Source of the DNA: an uncultured Chloroflexia bacterium
Lineage (GTDB): Bacteria; Chloroflexota; Limnocylindria; Limnocylindrales; CSP1-4
Assembly: GCA_963819655.1 (NCBI GenBank)
Contig: CAWFXA010000003.1
Coordinates: forward strand, 896,001 to 960,000
Length of the DNA stretch: 64,000 nucleotides
Direction of reading: 5' to 3'
Positions 49,093 to 59,968 of this stretch are shown here, in pieces (the stretch's first letter is position 1; each line of letters begins with the position of its first letter). The notes beneath the pieces were generated by a model. That model ran no database searches and had not been told where the DNA came from. It saw only the letters and a program-made list of their open reading frames with translations. The position numbers were made by a program, and so were the translations under genes.

Positions 49093-49536
49093 TCACGACT
49101 CGACGAGCTTGGTCAGGATCCGTCGGAGCGTCTTGCCCTCCGCGTCCGTGAGCCGCGCCAGGGTCGCCTCATTGACCGCGACTGCCATCGGGACGAGTTT
49201 GTCGCGCAGCGATCGACCACGATCGGTCAGGTAGATCCGGCTGACCCGACCGTCTGCGGGATCGGCGACGCGCGTCACCAGCCCATCGCGGACCAGTCGA
49301 TCGAGGGTCCGAACCATCGTCGGCGGCTCGATCGCAACGTCCCGGGAGAGCTCGGCCTGGCTCAAGCCGTCGCGGGCGAACAGGAACAGCAGGACCGCCC
49401 ACTGACCGATGCCGATGCCGGCCGGGCGCATGCGCTCGGCGAGCTGGTTGGCCATCGACCGGGCGACTCGATTGACGAGGTAGCCGAGGCTCTCATCGAT
49501 GACGAACTCGGGCGAGCGCGGTCGCCCGACCTTCAC
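49093..49536 (-). CDS. MarR family regulator
   Basis: QW.VL..L, SQAEL, T.VR.LDRL...GLV.R..DP.DGR...IYLT..G. Confidence 0.92.
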   Translation of the reverse strand: MKVGRPRSPEFVIDESLGYLVNRVARSMANQLAERMRPAGIGIGQWAVLLFLFARDGLSQAELSRDVAIEPPTMVRTLDRLVRDGLVTRVADPADGRVSRIYLTDRGRSLRDKLVPMAVAVNEATLARLTDAEGKTLRRILTKLVES

Positions 49537-49601
49537 GTTCGCGCACGCCTCGCCGGCTCGCTCATCGCCTGTCGAGGCCCGACGCCGGACCGACCACGTG
49601 G

Positions 49602-50051
49602 TCACGCGTCGAGGGCGGCGCGGTCGGGCGCCAGGACGAAGCCGTCGATGCCGGCGAGTCGAAGCGCCGCCCGCTGGACCGGATGGAACGACGCCAGGGC
49701 GACGCCTGCATCGATGCGCACGGGCGCGGCGATCCGATAGCTGCTGCCCCGCCACACGATCGTGCCGTCGCCGGCGGCCGCGAGGTTCCGATGCCAGTCG
49801 ACCTGCGCGCCGAATGACAGCGAGATCACGAACCCGCCGGGCACGCGCCGGGCGGCGACAGGCGTCGCGTACCGACGACCGCTCCGGCGACCGCGGTGGT
49901 GGACGACCGCGAAGATCGGGTTCCAGCGATGGCCGGCCAGCGGCAGCATGATGGGATTCGTGAGGCGAACGAGCCGCCACAGGATCCCGCCGAATCGGGG
50001 CCTGGCAGCGTGCGAGGTCGTGTCGTGCGTGAGAGGTGTGTGCGCGATCAT
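49602..50051 (-). CDS. Deazaflavin (F420)-dependent nitroreductase family protein
   Basis: NP....LAG, HRGRRSGRRYATPV, DW.RN..AAG. Confidence 0.82.
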   Translation of the reverse strand: MIAHTPLTHDTTSHAARPRFGGILWRLVRLTNPIMLPLAGHRWNPIFAVVHHRGRRSGRRYATPVAARRVPGGFVISLSFGAQVDWHRNLAAAGDGTIVWRGSSYRIAAPVRIDAGVALASFHPVQRAALRLAGIDGFVLAPDRAALDA

Positions 50052-50068
50052 GTCGGAACTCCGTTCGT

Positions 50069-50110
50069 TAGTATGCTATCTATCAATCTGGACAGAACAG
50101 TAGCTTGCTA
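50069..50110. promoter_or_regulatory. Two palindromic MarR-type operators TAGYWTGCTA
   Basis: TAGTATGCTA (50069) and TAGCTTGCTA (50101), AT-rich, upstream of the nitroreductase-marR operon. Confidence 0.6.
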
Positions 50111-50208
50111 ACGATCACGCCGTCAATCCCCCGTCGCCGGTCCGGCGGCCGACGTGGTGTACTGGACGAGGACCGGGGCTGCCCGGTGAGCGCAGCCAAG
50201 GAGGCGGC

Positions 50209-50580
50209 ATGAACTTCAACGGGATCCTCATCGGATCGGAGAACCCCGCGGCACTGAGCGACTACTACCGCAAGCTCTTCGGCGAGCCGGGCTGGGATGA
50301 CGGCGGCTACACCGGCTGGATGATCGGGTCGGGCGGCGTCTCGATCGGACCTCATAGTGAGGTCCACGGCAAGAACACCGCGCCTGGCCGGATCATCTGG
50401 AACATCGAAAGTGACGACGTGAAGGGCGACTTCGATCGGTTCAAGGCGGCCGGCGCCATCGTCATCCGCGAGCCGTACGACTTCGAGCAGGCGCCCGGCG
50501 TGTGGATCGCCACCTTCGCCGATCCGGACGACAACTACTTCCAGCTCATCACGCCGATGGATCCCAACGCGATGGGCTGA
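50209..50580 (+). CDS. VOC/glyoxalase family protein
   Basis: YY..LFG, F.DPD.N.FQL; AAGGAGG RBS. Confidence 0.85.
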   Translation: MNFNGILIGSENPAALSDYYRKLFGEPGWDDGGYTGWMIGSGGVSIGPHSEVHGKNTAPGRIIWNIESDDVKGDFDRFKAAGAIVIREPYDFEQAPGVWIATFADPDDNYFQLITPMDPNAMG

Positions 50581-50614
50581 AGGTCCATGAGGACGGGCGG
50601 AACGGCCTGTCTCG

Positions 50615-51244
50615 TCAGTCTGTTGGTGGTCGGAAAGGCGACTGCTGTCGCACCACGCGCGGGATGGTGCGCTGCCCGAGTCCTTCCCACGCGTCGCTGA
50701 CGACGTCGGGTTGGGCTGCCTCGATCGCGGTCAGCAGTTGGCGCACTCCGAGGAGCCCGTCATACCGGACCTCCTGGATGTAGAAGGTCGGTGTCCCCCG
50801 CACCCCGCTCTCGAGCCCGCTGTCGATGTCCGCCTGCACCCTTCCCGCGTGGGCGTGGGTTCGGAGGTCACGACGGAACCGGTCGGTGTCCAGGCCGAGG
50901 TCGGCCGCATACGTCACGAGGTCGTCGTCGCCGAGGGCGTCCTGGTGCTCGAACAGCGCGGTATGCATCCCGAAGAACCGGCCCTGCGCTGCGGCTGCCT
51001 CGGCTGCTTCGGCGGCGTTCTGCGCGTGCGGGTGGAGCGCATGCAACGGGAAGTGGCGGAACACGAACCGGAGCTGCTCGCCCAGGGCCTGCTGGAGCTC
51101 CCCCACGATCGGCACCGCCGCGCGGCAGTACGGACATTCGAAATCGCCGTACTCGACCAGCGTCACGGCTGCGTCGGCGGGCCCGTGGGCATGGTCCCGC
51201 TCACTCACCGGCAGCGACAGCCGCGGACCGCCACTCTCAGGCAT
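50615..51244 (-). CDS. DsbA/thioredoxin-like protein
   Basis: EYGDFECPYC, FRHFPL, GVRGTPTF. Confidence 0.9.
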   Translation of the reverse strand: MPESGGPRLSLPVSERDHAHGPADAAVTLVEYGDFECPYCRAAVPIVGELQQALGEQLRFVFRHFPLHALHPHAQNAAEAAEAAAAQGRFFGMHTALFEHQDALGDDDLVTYAADLGLDTDRFRRDLRTHAHAGRVQADIDSGLESGVRGTPTFYIQEVRYDGLLGVRQLLTAIEAAQPDVVSDAWEGLGQRTIPRVVRQQSPFRPPTD

Positions 51245-52199
51245 GCATCTCCTCCGGAGTCCGATGACCAGAGGATATTGGCTTGTTCAAGATGGTGCGC
51301 CGCGGTCCGGTTCGACCCTCCTGGATGCGCTTGCGGGTCTCCGGCACGACTTCGCCGGCGAATCGCTCGAGCTGGTCGAGAGGCGATGTGGTCGGCCAGA
51401 AGATGAACGTGTCGAAACCGAGGTCCAGCGACCAGCCGGCCAGAGCGTCCACCCACGCGTCGACATCCCCACTGAATGCTGATGGCGCCGTACGAGCATC
51501 GATCGCCCCGACGACGTTGTAGATGCGGCGGACGTCCGCCGGGTCGCGACCAGCCGACCGCGCGGCCTCGTCGATCAGGCGCTGCCTGGCCGGGATCGAT
51601 GCCGGCGGCGCATACGTGTTCAGTGGTGAGACCCAGCCGTCGCTCGAGCGGCCGGTGAGCGCAAGCATCCGTGGCCCGCTGCTGCCCAGCCAGAGGGGAA
51701 CCGGCGTCGGCGGGATCGGGCCCGCCTCGTATCCCTCGATGGTGTGCTGGGCACTGCGCAGCTCGACGACATCACCGGCCAAAGCCTGGCGCAGGACGCC
51801 GAGCGCCTCGTCGGTGAACGCGATCATCTCGCTCATGGTGCGCCGTTGGCCACCCATCGCGGCGATGCCGTCGGCCGTGGCTCCCCCGCCGACGCCCAGG
51901 ACGATCCGGCCCGGTGCGAGAACGCTCAGCGATGCCGCGGCCTTCGCGAGCATGGTCGGCGGACGGAGCTGCAGGTCGGCGACGTCGGGCACGAAGGCGA
52001 TCCGCTCTGTCCGCGCAGCGAGGAAGCTGATGAGCGTCCAGACATCGAGGAACTCAGCGTTGTATGCATGGTCCTGGATGGCGAGGTAGTCCAGGCCCGC
52101 CTCGTCCGCGGCCTGCGCCAGCCGAAGGTTGTCCTCGAGCGCGTCGACCGACGGGATCAGGCTCAGGCCGAAGGTGATCGGGTGTCCGTAGTCGCTCAT
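51237..52199 (-). CDS. LLM-class flavin/F420-dependent oxidoreductase
   Basis: IQDHAY, LD.WT, RPP.MLAK.AASL, GPRML..TG. Confidence 0.88.
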   Translation of the reverse strand: MSDYGHPITFGLSLIPSVDALEDNLRLAQAADEAGLDYLAIQDHAYNAEFLDVWTLISFLAARTERIAFVPDVADLQLRPPTMLAKAAASLSVLAPGRIVLGVGGGATADGIAAMGGQRRTMSEMIAFTDEALGVLRQALAGDVVELRSAQHTIEGYEAGPIPPTPVPLWLGSSGPRMLALTGRSSDGWVSPLNTYAPPASIPARQRLIDEAARSAGRDPADVRRIYNVVGAIDARTAPSAFSGDVDAWVDALAGWSLDLGFDTFIFWPTTSPLDQLERFAGEVVPETRKRIQEGRTGPRRTILNKPISSGHRTPEEMHA

Positions 52200-52215
52200 C
52201 GCTCGTTCCGTCCTA

Positions 52216-52260
52216 GTTGCACCTGCAACCACCATAGCCCTATTTGGTTGCAGATGCAAG
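52216..52260. promoter_or_regulatory. Two palindromic operators TTGCAnnTGCAA around a TATGGT -10 box
   Basis: GTTGCACCTGCAAC (52216) and GTTGCAGATGCAAG (52247), upstream of the LLM gene. Confidence 0.6.
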
Positions 52261-52301
52261 CACCTGAGAAGACGAGTCCCACGCTGCGGAGATCGGGCGA
52301 G

Positions 52302-52376
52302 TGGCTCCGGCGGTAGGATTCGAACCTACGACATGGCGGTTAACAGCCGCCCGCTCTACCACTGAGCTACGCCGGA
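52302..52376 (-). tRNA. trnN: tRNA-Asn (GTT)
   Basis: TCCGGCG acceptor stem, TAGCTCAGTGGTAGAGC D arm, CTGTTAA anticodon loop, GGTTCGAATCC, encoded CCA. Confidence 0.97.
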
Positions 52377-52443
52377 ACGCGCCACGGGCATCGCACCCGC
52401 GGGAGGCCATCTCGTGGCCGGTCGGAAGGATACCGCAGCGTGG

Positions 52444-53235
52444 CTAGCGCAGCAGGAGCACGAGCACCGACACGGCCAGCGCGGCGATGAAGAAGATGAC
52501 CGCGAACTTCAGCCATGTGTCGCGCGCCACGATGACCGCTGGCGCGCGCCCGAGTGAGCTCCGCACGGACTCGAGCGGGACGAACCACTGAGGATCGCGT
52601 TCCACGAATCCGCGTCGTGACTCGGCCAGGGCGATCGTCACGTCGGCCATCGCCCGGGCGGTCGAGCCCGCCGGGACACGGGCCGCCGCGGCGGTCAGCT
52701 CCGCGAGATCGACTGTCCCGTCCTCGAGCCAGCCGATGTACTGGCGCAGCGATGCGAGCTCCACCGCCCCTTCGGGTGAGCCCCCCTCGACTCCGTCGAT
52801 CTCGGCCCTGGCGTCCTCGTAGCGGCCGACGAAAGCCAGGACCTCGCCCCGCGCGAGGCGAGTCGCCGCGGTGGACGGCGTCGTCGCCAGCCAGCGCTCG
52901 ACGTCGGCAGGCTTGACCGGCACCGGCCCGCCGGTCCGCTCGACGAAGCGGTCCAATTCTGTGCGGCCGAGCCAGCTGTACGCCTCGAAGGTGCGACGCA
53001 GACGCGCCGGGAAGGACAGGAACGCCGCCAGCGAACCGACCAGCGCCCCGACAGCGGCTGTGATGACGGGCTGGAAGGGTGACGGCAGGCCGTCCGCGAC
53101 GAACGGGGTCATGAGGATCGCGACGACGATCGCGAGCGCCGCGCCCACCAGAAGCGCGCGGTTCAGCATCGGCGAGAAGGCGTGGATCATCGCCACGTTC
53201 CGGGCAGGCAGGCTCTCGATCCACTGCTCGGTCAC
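52444..53235 (-). CDS. Hypothetical membrane protein with helical (TPR-like) middle
   Basis: Two N-terminal TMs and one C-terminal TM. Confidence 0.6.
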   Translation of the reverse strand: MTEQWIESLPARNVAMIHAFSPMLNRALLVGAALAIVVAILMTPFVADGLPSPFQPVITAAVGALVGSLAAFLSFPARLRRTFEAYSWLGRTELDRFVERTGGPVPVKPADVERWLATTPSTAATRLARGEVLAFVGRYEDARAEIDGVEGGSPEGAVELASLRQYIGWLEDGTVDLAELTAAAARVPAGSTARAMADVTIALAESRRGFVERDPQWFVPLESVRSSLGRAPAVIVARDTWLKFAVIFFIAALAVSVLVLLLR

Positions 53236-53248
53236 GTCGCGTTCGCGG

Positions 53249-54166
53249 TCAAGGACGTTCGATGGGACTGTCGGGCCGGTTGCCCCACTCCTCCCATGAT
53301 CCGGCGTAGCTGCGAACCTGGTCGTAGCCGGCCAGCTCGTGGAGGACGAACCAGACCAGGGCCGCGCGAACACCGCCCTGGCAATACGTGGCCCGGATCT
53401 CATCGGGCTCGGCGCCGCTCGCACGGATGAGCGAAAGCATCTCGTCGACCGTGCGGAACGTGCCCTCGTCGGTCAGCAGGTCGACGAAGCATCGATGCCG
53501 AGCACCCGGGATGTGGCCGCCACGTCGGGCGCGCAGGTCGGTCCCGACCCACTCGCCGGCGGTTCGTACGTCGAGGATGCGGGTCGGCGCGTCGTCGCCT
53601 CCGCTGCTCTCGCGACTCCAGGCGAGGACCTCGTCGTACGTCGCGAGAATCGAGTCGTCCGGGTCTCCGAGTGTCGGTGGTCGGCGATCGAGCGTGGTTG
53701 CTGCACCTCGTTCCTCGCGCGTCGACTCCTGGCCGACACGCGACCAAGCCTTGATCCCGCCGTCGAGCACGTGCAGACGGTCCTGCGGGTAGCGGTAGAG
53801 CCTGAGAAGCCAGTAGCCGCGGATGGCCTGGCGGTTCATGCCGACGTCGTCGTAGAACACGATCCGATCGCCGTCGCCGACGCCCCACCGGCGCAGGACG
53901 TCGGAGACCTGGTCAGGGTTGGGGATCAACCAATCGCGTTCGGCGTCGCCGGTCTCCGGCGCGGTCCCGCGCAACGCGATCTCTCGATGGAGGTCGCTGT
54001 AGACGGCACCCGGGATGTGGCGTCGATTGAAGACACGGCGGTTCGGGGCGACGTGGACGATGCGCAGGTCGGCGTCGTGAAGGTGGTCGGCCAGCCAATC
54101 GACGCCGACGAGCGGACCGGGTCGGTCGATCGTCTCGTTCGTCGTAGGTGTCGAGGCCCGACTCAC
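53249..54166 (-). CDS. Sulfurtransferase (tandem rhodanese)
   Basis: HIPGA twice, LDGG..AW, YCQGGVRA, YAGSWEEW. Confidence 0.92.
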   Translation of the reverse strand: MSRASTPTTNETIDRPGPLVGVDWLADHLHDADLRIVHVAPNRRVFNRRHIPGAVYSDLHREIALRGTAPETGDAERDWLIPNPDQVSDVLRRWGVGDGDRIVFYDDVGMNRQAIRGYWLLRLYRYPQDRLHVLDGGIKAWSRVGQESTREERGAATTLDRRPPTLGDPDDSILATYDEVLAWSRESSGGDDAPTRILDVRTAGEWVGTDLRARRGGHIPGARHRCFVDLLTDEGTFRTVDEMLSLIRASGAEPDEIRATYCQGGVRAALVWFVLHELAGYDQVRSYAGSWEEWGNRPDSPIERP

Positions 54167-54227
54167 GCGGGCGTCTCGCGGGGCGGTTCGACCATCGGCC
54201 GATGCTAGCAGGCGATACCCTGCCGAC

Positions 54228-55031
54228 GTGACCGCTCCCCCGGCCGCGCCGCTGCCGTGGCGCACCCTGGTGCTGATCTATCCGGTGCTCGACGCGCGGT
54301 TCGGTTCCGGGCTGGCGCGGCGCCGTGCCCGGCGGGTCATGGCGCGCGAGGAGCGCGAGGCCATCCACGCCATCCTCGAGCGGTTGCCCGAGACGGTCAG
54401 GGACTGGAGCTCGGGACTGGCGACGCTCGAGCCGTTCGACATCATCGAGATCCGGCGACCGATGGGGTCCATGTCATCGAGTGGCGGAGGGCGCTGGTGG
54501 GTCGGGCCACGCGAGGTGCGACCGGCGCTCTCCGACGTGGCCGCCGAAGGCGGCCGCTACGACTCGGTGTTCGCGCTGTGGCCGGGCGATCCCGACGTGC
54601 CGCAGTGCGGCTGGGGCTGCACGCTGGGGCCGTCCGACGAGACGTTCGGAGCGGGTTTCTCGTCGATCTCCACCGACCACTGGCGGACCCTGGCAACCGA
54701 TCCCGATCCGGCGCAGGGGTACGTCCACGAGTGGCTGCACCAGGTCGAGGCGGTGTATCGGTCGCTGGGCGTCTCCGAAGCGGAGTTGCCGTCGCTCCAC
54801 GAGGCCGGGGCGTTCACGTCGCGACGACCGTCGGACGAACCGCCGTTCGGTGGCACGTTCGCCGAGTACCACAACGGAGCCGGGGGCCGGGCCGGCTCGG
54901 GGACATGGTCGCCGTGGTATCGGGACTGGATGACCGGGATGCTGGCACCGGCCGGCGAGGCACGTGCCTTCGCCGACTCGCCAGCCCGGATCGGCCTCAC
55001 CCCGGAGCGCTGGGCCCTCAGGTCCCGCTGA
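54228..55031 (+). CDS. Hypothetical protein with HExxH zincin-like motif
   Basis: GYVHEWLHQVE; TACCCT 6 nt before GTG. Confidence 0.65.
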   Translation: MTAPPAAPLPWRTLVLIYPVLDARFGSGLARRRARRVMAREEREAIHAILERLPETVRDWSSGLATLEPFDIIEIRRPMGSMSSSGGGRWWVGPREVRPALSDVAAEGGRYDSVFALWPGDPDVPQCGWGCTLGPSDETFGAGFSSISTDHWRTLATDPDPAQGYVHEWLHQVEAVYRSLGVSEAELPSLHEAGAFTSRRPSDEPPFGGTFAEYHNGAGGRAGSGTWSPWYRDWMTGMLAPAGEARAFADSPARIGLTPERWALRSR

Positions 55032-55100
55032 GCCCGGGGCTTGGACCGGGCCGTTGCCTCAGCTAAGCGGCGGGTGAGCGCATCCAGTCATCCTCATGTC

Positions 55101-55754
55101 GTGAGCAGCCGAGAACGCGCGATCGACATCGGATCCGCTCGTGCGCGCGAGATCCTCGCTCGCCTCCCAGCCGAGGCCCGGACGGCTCGGCTGAACAGCG
55201 GCGTAGGTCAAGACGACGTCGCTAGCGCGCTTGGTATATCGGTATCGCAATACAGCCGGATAGAGCGGGGACTATCCCCGGACTTGTCAGTCGAGATGGC
55301 CGTACGGATGTTCGCCGTGCTCGGCATGGACCTCTCGATCCGCGCATACCCGGCGGGCGATCCGGTCCGCGACGCGGCGCACGCCGCCTTGCTCGAGCGG
55401 CTTCATCTCTGCTGTCACCGCTCCATCACGTGGCGCACCGAGGTCCCGTTTCCGATCCCGAACGACCTTCGTGCCTGGGACGCGACGGCGGTGTGCCCGG
55501 CCTTCCGCGCCGGAGTCGAGGCGGAGACCCGGATCCGCGACGTCCAGGCACTCGATCGACGCCTTGCGCTGAAGGAGCGCGACGGTGGGATGGATCGGCT
55601 GTTCCTGCTCGTGCTTGATTCCAGGGCGAACCGGACCGTGCTTCGCGCGCATGGAGCACAGCTATCCCTGCGGTTCCCGGTCCCGGGCGCCCGTGCGCTC
55701 GAGCTGATCGGCGCGGGCGTCGACCCGGGTCGCAATGCGCTCATCCTGCTCTAG
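55101..55754 (+). CDS. XRE-HTH protein with C-terminal restriction-endonuclease-like domain
   Basis: Q.DVA..LGIS.SQYSRIERG; W.TEV...RAWD...VEAET...D.Q...R...K.RD. Confidence 0.75.
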   Translation: MSSRERAIDIGSARAREILARLPAEARTARLNSGVGQDDVASALGISVSQYSRIERGLSPDLSVEMAVRMFAVLGMDLSIRAYPAGDPVRDAAHAALLERLHLCCHRSITWRTEVPFPIPNDLRAWDATAVCPAFRAGVEAETRIRDVQALDRRLALKERDGGMDRLFLLVLDSRANRTVLRAHGAQLSLRFPVPGARALELIGAGVDPGRNALILL

Positions 55755-55762
55755 GAGGGCAG

Positions 55763-55957
55763 GCTTGCATCCGATGCATGCACACCCGATTGCAACCGCT
55801 CGTCCACCAACGTCCCTGCAGTTGCTGCGGCCTTGGATGCGAATCCACCGCTAGTGCAGCCCCAGAATGGTCAGCGGACTCGCACATACGGCATCAGAGG
55901 CCGGATCCGCAACGCGCCCAGGGCGGTCGGCCTGCAGTGCTTGCATCAGATACAAGC
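55763..55957. repeat. Degenerate palindromic repeats TTGCATCnGATGCAA
   Basis: Strong copies at 55763 and 55939; weaker cores at 55830 and 55891. Confidence 0.55.
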
Positions 55958-56082
55958 AGTCACCGGGAATCCGTCATCCAGCGGCGGGTTTGGTGCGTCC
56001 TTGCCGGCGGCGCCCCCTGTCCGCGCACGGGCGACCGCGCGGCGCCCCGCGGCGCCCCCTGTCCGGCCCGTGCCGCGTCGCG

Positions 56083-57825
<1,743 letters not shown>

Positions 57826-57843
57826 TCGATTCCTCCTTGGGTC

Positions 57844-59757
57844 TCAGGTGTGAGCGGCCATCGCTGGCCGCGCGAGTAGTCGTGTGTCTTCTCGACGTCG
57901 ATCGATCGACTTTCGAGTCTCGTTGATATGGCGTCGCTCGAGCAGCAGACGGTCGATCGATTCGGTGTCAGCCGCACGTTCCGCCTCGGCCAGGGCCGAT
58001 TCATTGAATTCGCTGCGCTCGCGGATCAGGTCGTCCTCGAGATCGAGCAGCAACCGGGCAACCTCGCGCGCCTCGGGGATCGGGCGCTGGAGCGCGAGGA
58101 GCGCATGGGCCAGCGACCGCGTCTCCTCATCGAGACTGAGCAACAGGCTCGCCCGGTCGAACTCCGGATGGACGCCCCGGTCGTCGGGCGCCCGGGCCAG
58201 CACGATCGCCCGATAGAGTTCGCGCGCCAACGTGCTCGGGAGCTGGTCGGGCCCGAGCTCCTCCACGACCCGCAGCTGTTCCTCGGGCAGGAGCAGCAGC
58301 AACCGCAACAGCTCGGCCTCGACCGGCGACACGGCGCGCAGGATGTCACCGATCGGCAGCACGTCCGGCGACGCCAGCACTGCGTCCGCGGTGATGCGTG
58401 TCTGCGATTCCGACCCGCGGCGTGGACCCACCCCACCGGCGGCAGCGATCCGCCGGTCGAGCACCTGGCGCAGGACGCGCTCCTCGACACCGGACACCCG
58501 CCGCACCTCCTGGAGCGCCTCGTCGCGTCGCAGCGGATCGGCGATGTCGCGGATGGCCGGCATGACGGCATCGATGAAGCCCATCCGACCGGTCGGTGTC
58601 TTGATGTCGTGGCGTCCCGCGTGATGGCCGATGAGGAATTCGACGAGGGGCTTCGCCTTGGCGATACTCGCCTCCCAGTCGGCCGGGGACTCACGCAGGA
58701 CCTCGTCCGGATCCTTGCCGTCGGGCAGCCGCACGACCCGGACGTCCTCGAGCTTGACGCCGGAGTCATCGCCCTGGAGCTGGCCGATGAGACCGGCCAG
58801 CGCGGTCACCCCAAGCGTGCCGGCCTTCTCCCCCGCCGGGTCGACGTCGTAGGCGAGCGCGATCCGGTTGGCGTAACGCGTCAGCAGCCCGATCTGGTTC
58901 GGGGTGAGCGCGGTCCCGAGGCTGGCCACGACGTTCTCGAAACCGGCCTGATGCGCCATCAGCGCGTCGGTATAGCCCTCGACGATCACGGCCTGGTTGC
59001 CGGCACGGCGGATCGGACCCTTGGCCTTGTCGATCAGGTACAGCGTCCTGCTCTTGTCGAACAGCGGCGTCGCCGGCGAGTTGAGGTACTTGGGTCCGTC
59101 CCCTTCCAGGAGGCGGCCACCGAGCCCGACGGCATTCCCGTTCTGGTCGCGGATCGGGAAGATCACCCGGGCACGGAACTTGTCGATGACGCCCCGTCCG
59201 CGCTGGCTCGGGCTGGCAAGCCCGACTTCGACGAGCTCCTCCGGCCTGATGTCGCGCTTCGCCTGCAGCTGGCGCGCCATGACGTCCCAGCCGCCCGGCG
59301 CCCATCCGAGCTGATAGGTCTCGATCGTCGCGTCCGTGAAGCCCCGGCCGCGCAGATAGTCGAGGGCCGGCTTGCCCGTCTTCGAGCCCGTCAACACGGC
59401 GTGGTAGAAGGCGATCGCCGTGTCGAGCACGCCCCGGAGCCGCTTGCGCCGGATGTCCTCGCGCTTCGTCCGCTCGTCGATCTCCACGCCGGCCTTGCCC
59501 GCGAGGATCCGGAGGGCCTCAGGAAACGACAGACTGTCGCGCTCCATCACGAAGCTGAAGATGTCGCCACCCTTGCCGCAACCGAAGCAATGCCACGACT
59601 CACGGCCCGGGGTGACGACGAACGACGGCGTCTTCTCGCCATGAAAGGGACACAGTCCCTTGTAGGTGGTACCCGCCTTCTTCAGGGAGACGGTCTCGCC
59701 GACGACGTCGACGACGGACAATTTGCTCTTGACTTCGGCAGTCGCGCCGACCGACAA
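57844..59757 (-). CDS. dnaG: DNA primase
   Basis: CPFH.EKTPSF...HCFGC zinc finger, KYLNSP.T, EGYTD, YD.D.AG, KDPD; alternative ATG at 59775. Confidence 0.96.
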   Translation of the reverse strand: MSVGATAEVKSKLSVVDVVGETVSLKKAGTTYKGLCPFHGEKTPSFVVTPGRESWHCFGCGKGGDIFSFVMERDSLSFPEALRILAGKAGVEIDERTKREDIRRKRLRGVLDTAIAFYHAVLTGSKTGKPALDYLRGRGFTDATIETYQLGWAPGGWDVMARQLQAKRDIRPEELVEVGLASPSQRGRGVIDKFRARVIFPIRDQNGNAVGLGGRLLEGDGPKYLNSPATPLFDKSRTLYLIDKAKGPIRRAGNQAVIVEGYTDALMAHQAGFENVVASLGTALTPNQIGLLTRYANRIALAYDVDPAGEKAGTLGVTALAGLIGQLQGDDSGVKLEDVRVVRLPDGKDPDEVLRESPADWEASIAKAKPLVEFLIGHHAGRHDIKTPTGRMGFIDAVMPAIRDIADPLRRDEALQEVRRVSGVEERVLRQVLDRRIAAAGGVGPRRGSESQTRITADAVLASPDVLPIGDILRAVSPVEAELLRLLLLLPEEQLRVVEELGPDQLPSTLARELYRAIVLARAPDDRGVHPEFDRASLLLSLDEETRSLAHALLALQRPIPEAREVARLLLDLEDDLIRERSEFNESALAEAERAADTESIDRLLLERRHINETRKSIDRRREDTRLLARPAMAAHT

Positions 59758-59847
59758 ACTCCGCTCCGTTCTCATCGCTGACCGGGCGATGTCGTTCCAC
59801 TTCTGCCCGCTCGACCACCCGCATGGTCCCGGACACACCTGTGGGCC

Positions 59848-59862
59848 TGTCAAGTCTTGACA
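59848..59862. promoter_or_regulatory. Perfect palindrome TGTCAAG-T-CTTGACA (putative operator)
   Basis: 7-1-7 inverted repeat just downstream of the dnaG promoter. Confidence 0.55.
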
Positions 59863-59877
59863 AGCCCGGTACGAAGA

Positions 59878-59907
59878 AGCCTACCCCTCGACTGCCCCGA
59901 ATGTCAA
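59878..59907 (-). promoter_or_regulatory. Sigma70 promoter of dnaG-rpoD
   Basis: TTGACA-18 bp-TAGGCT. Confidence 0.72.
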
Positions 59908-59968
59908 CCCATTTGTCAATACTCCAGCGGAGTATCCGACACGTGATCGGGGCTCGGCCGGAGCCTCG

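Noticed and set aside
46394-52301. Integrative element at tRNA-Asn
   Set aside because: No integrase and no duplicated tRNA 3' end seen
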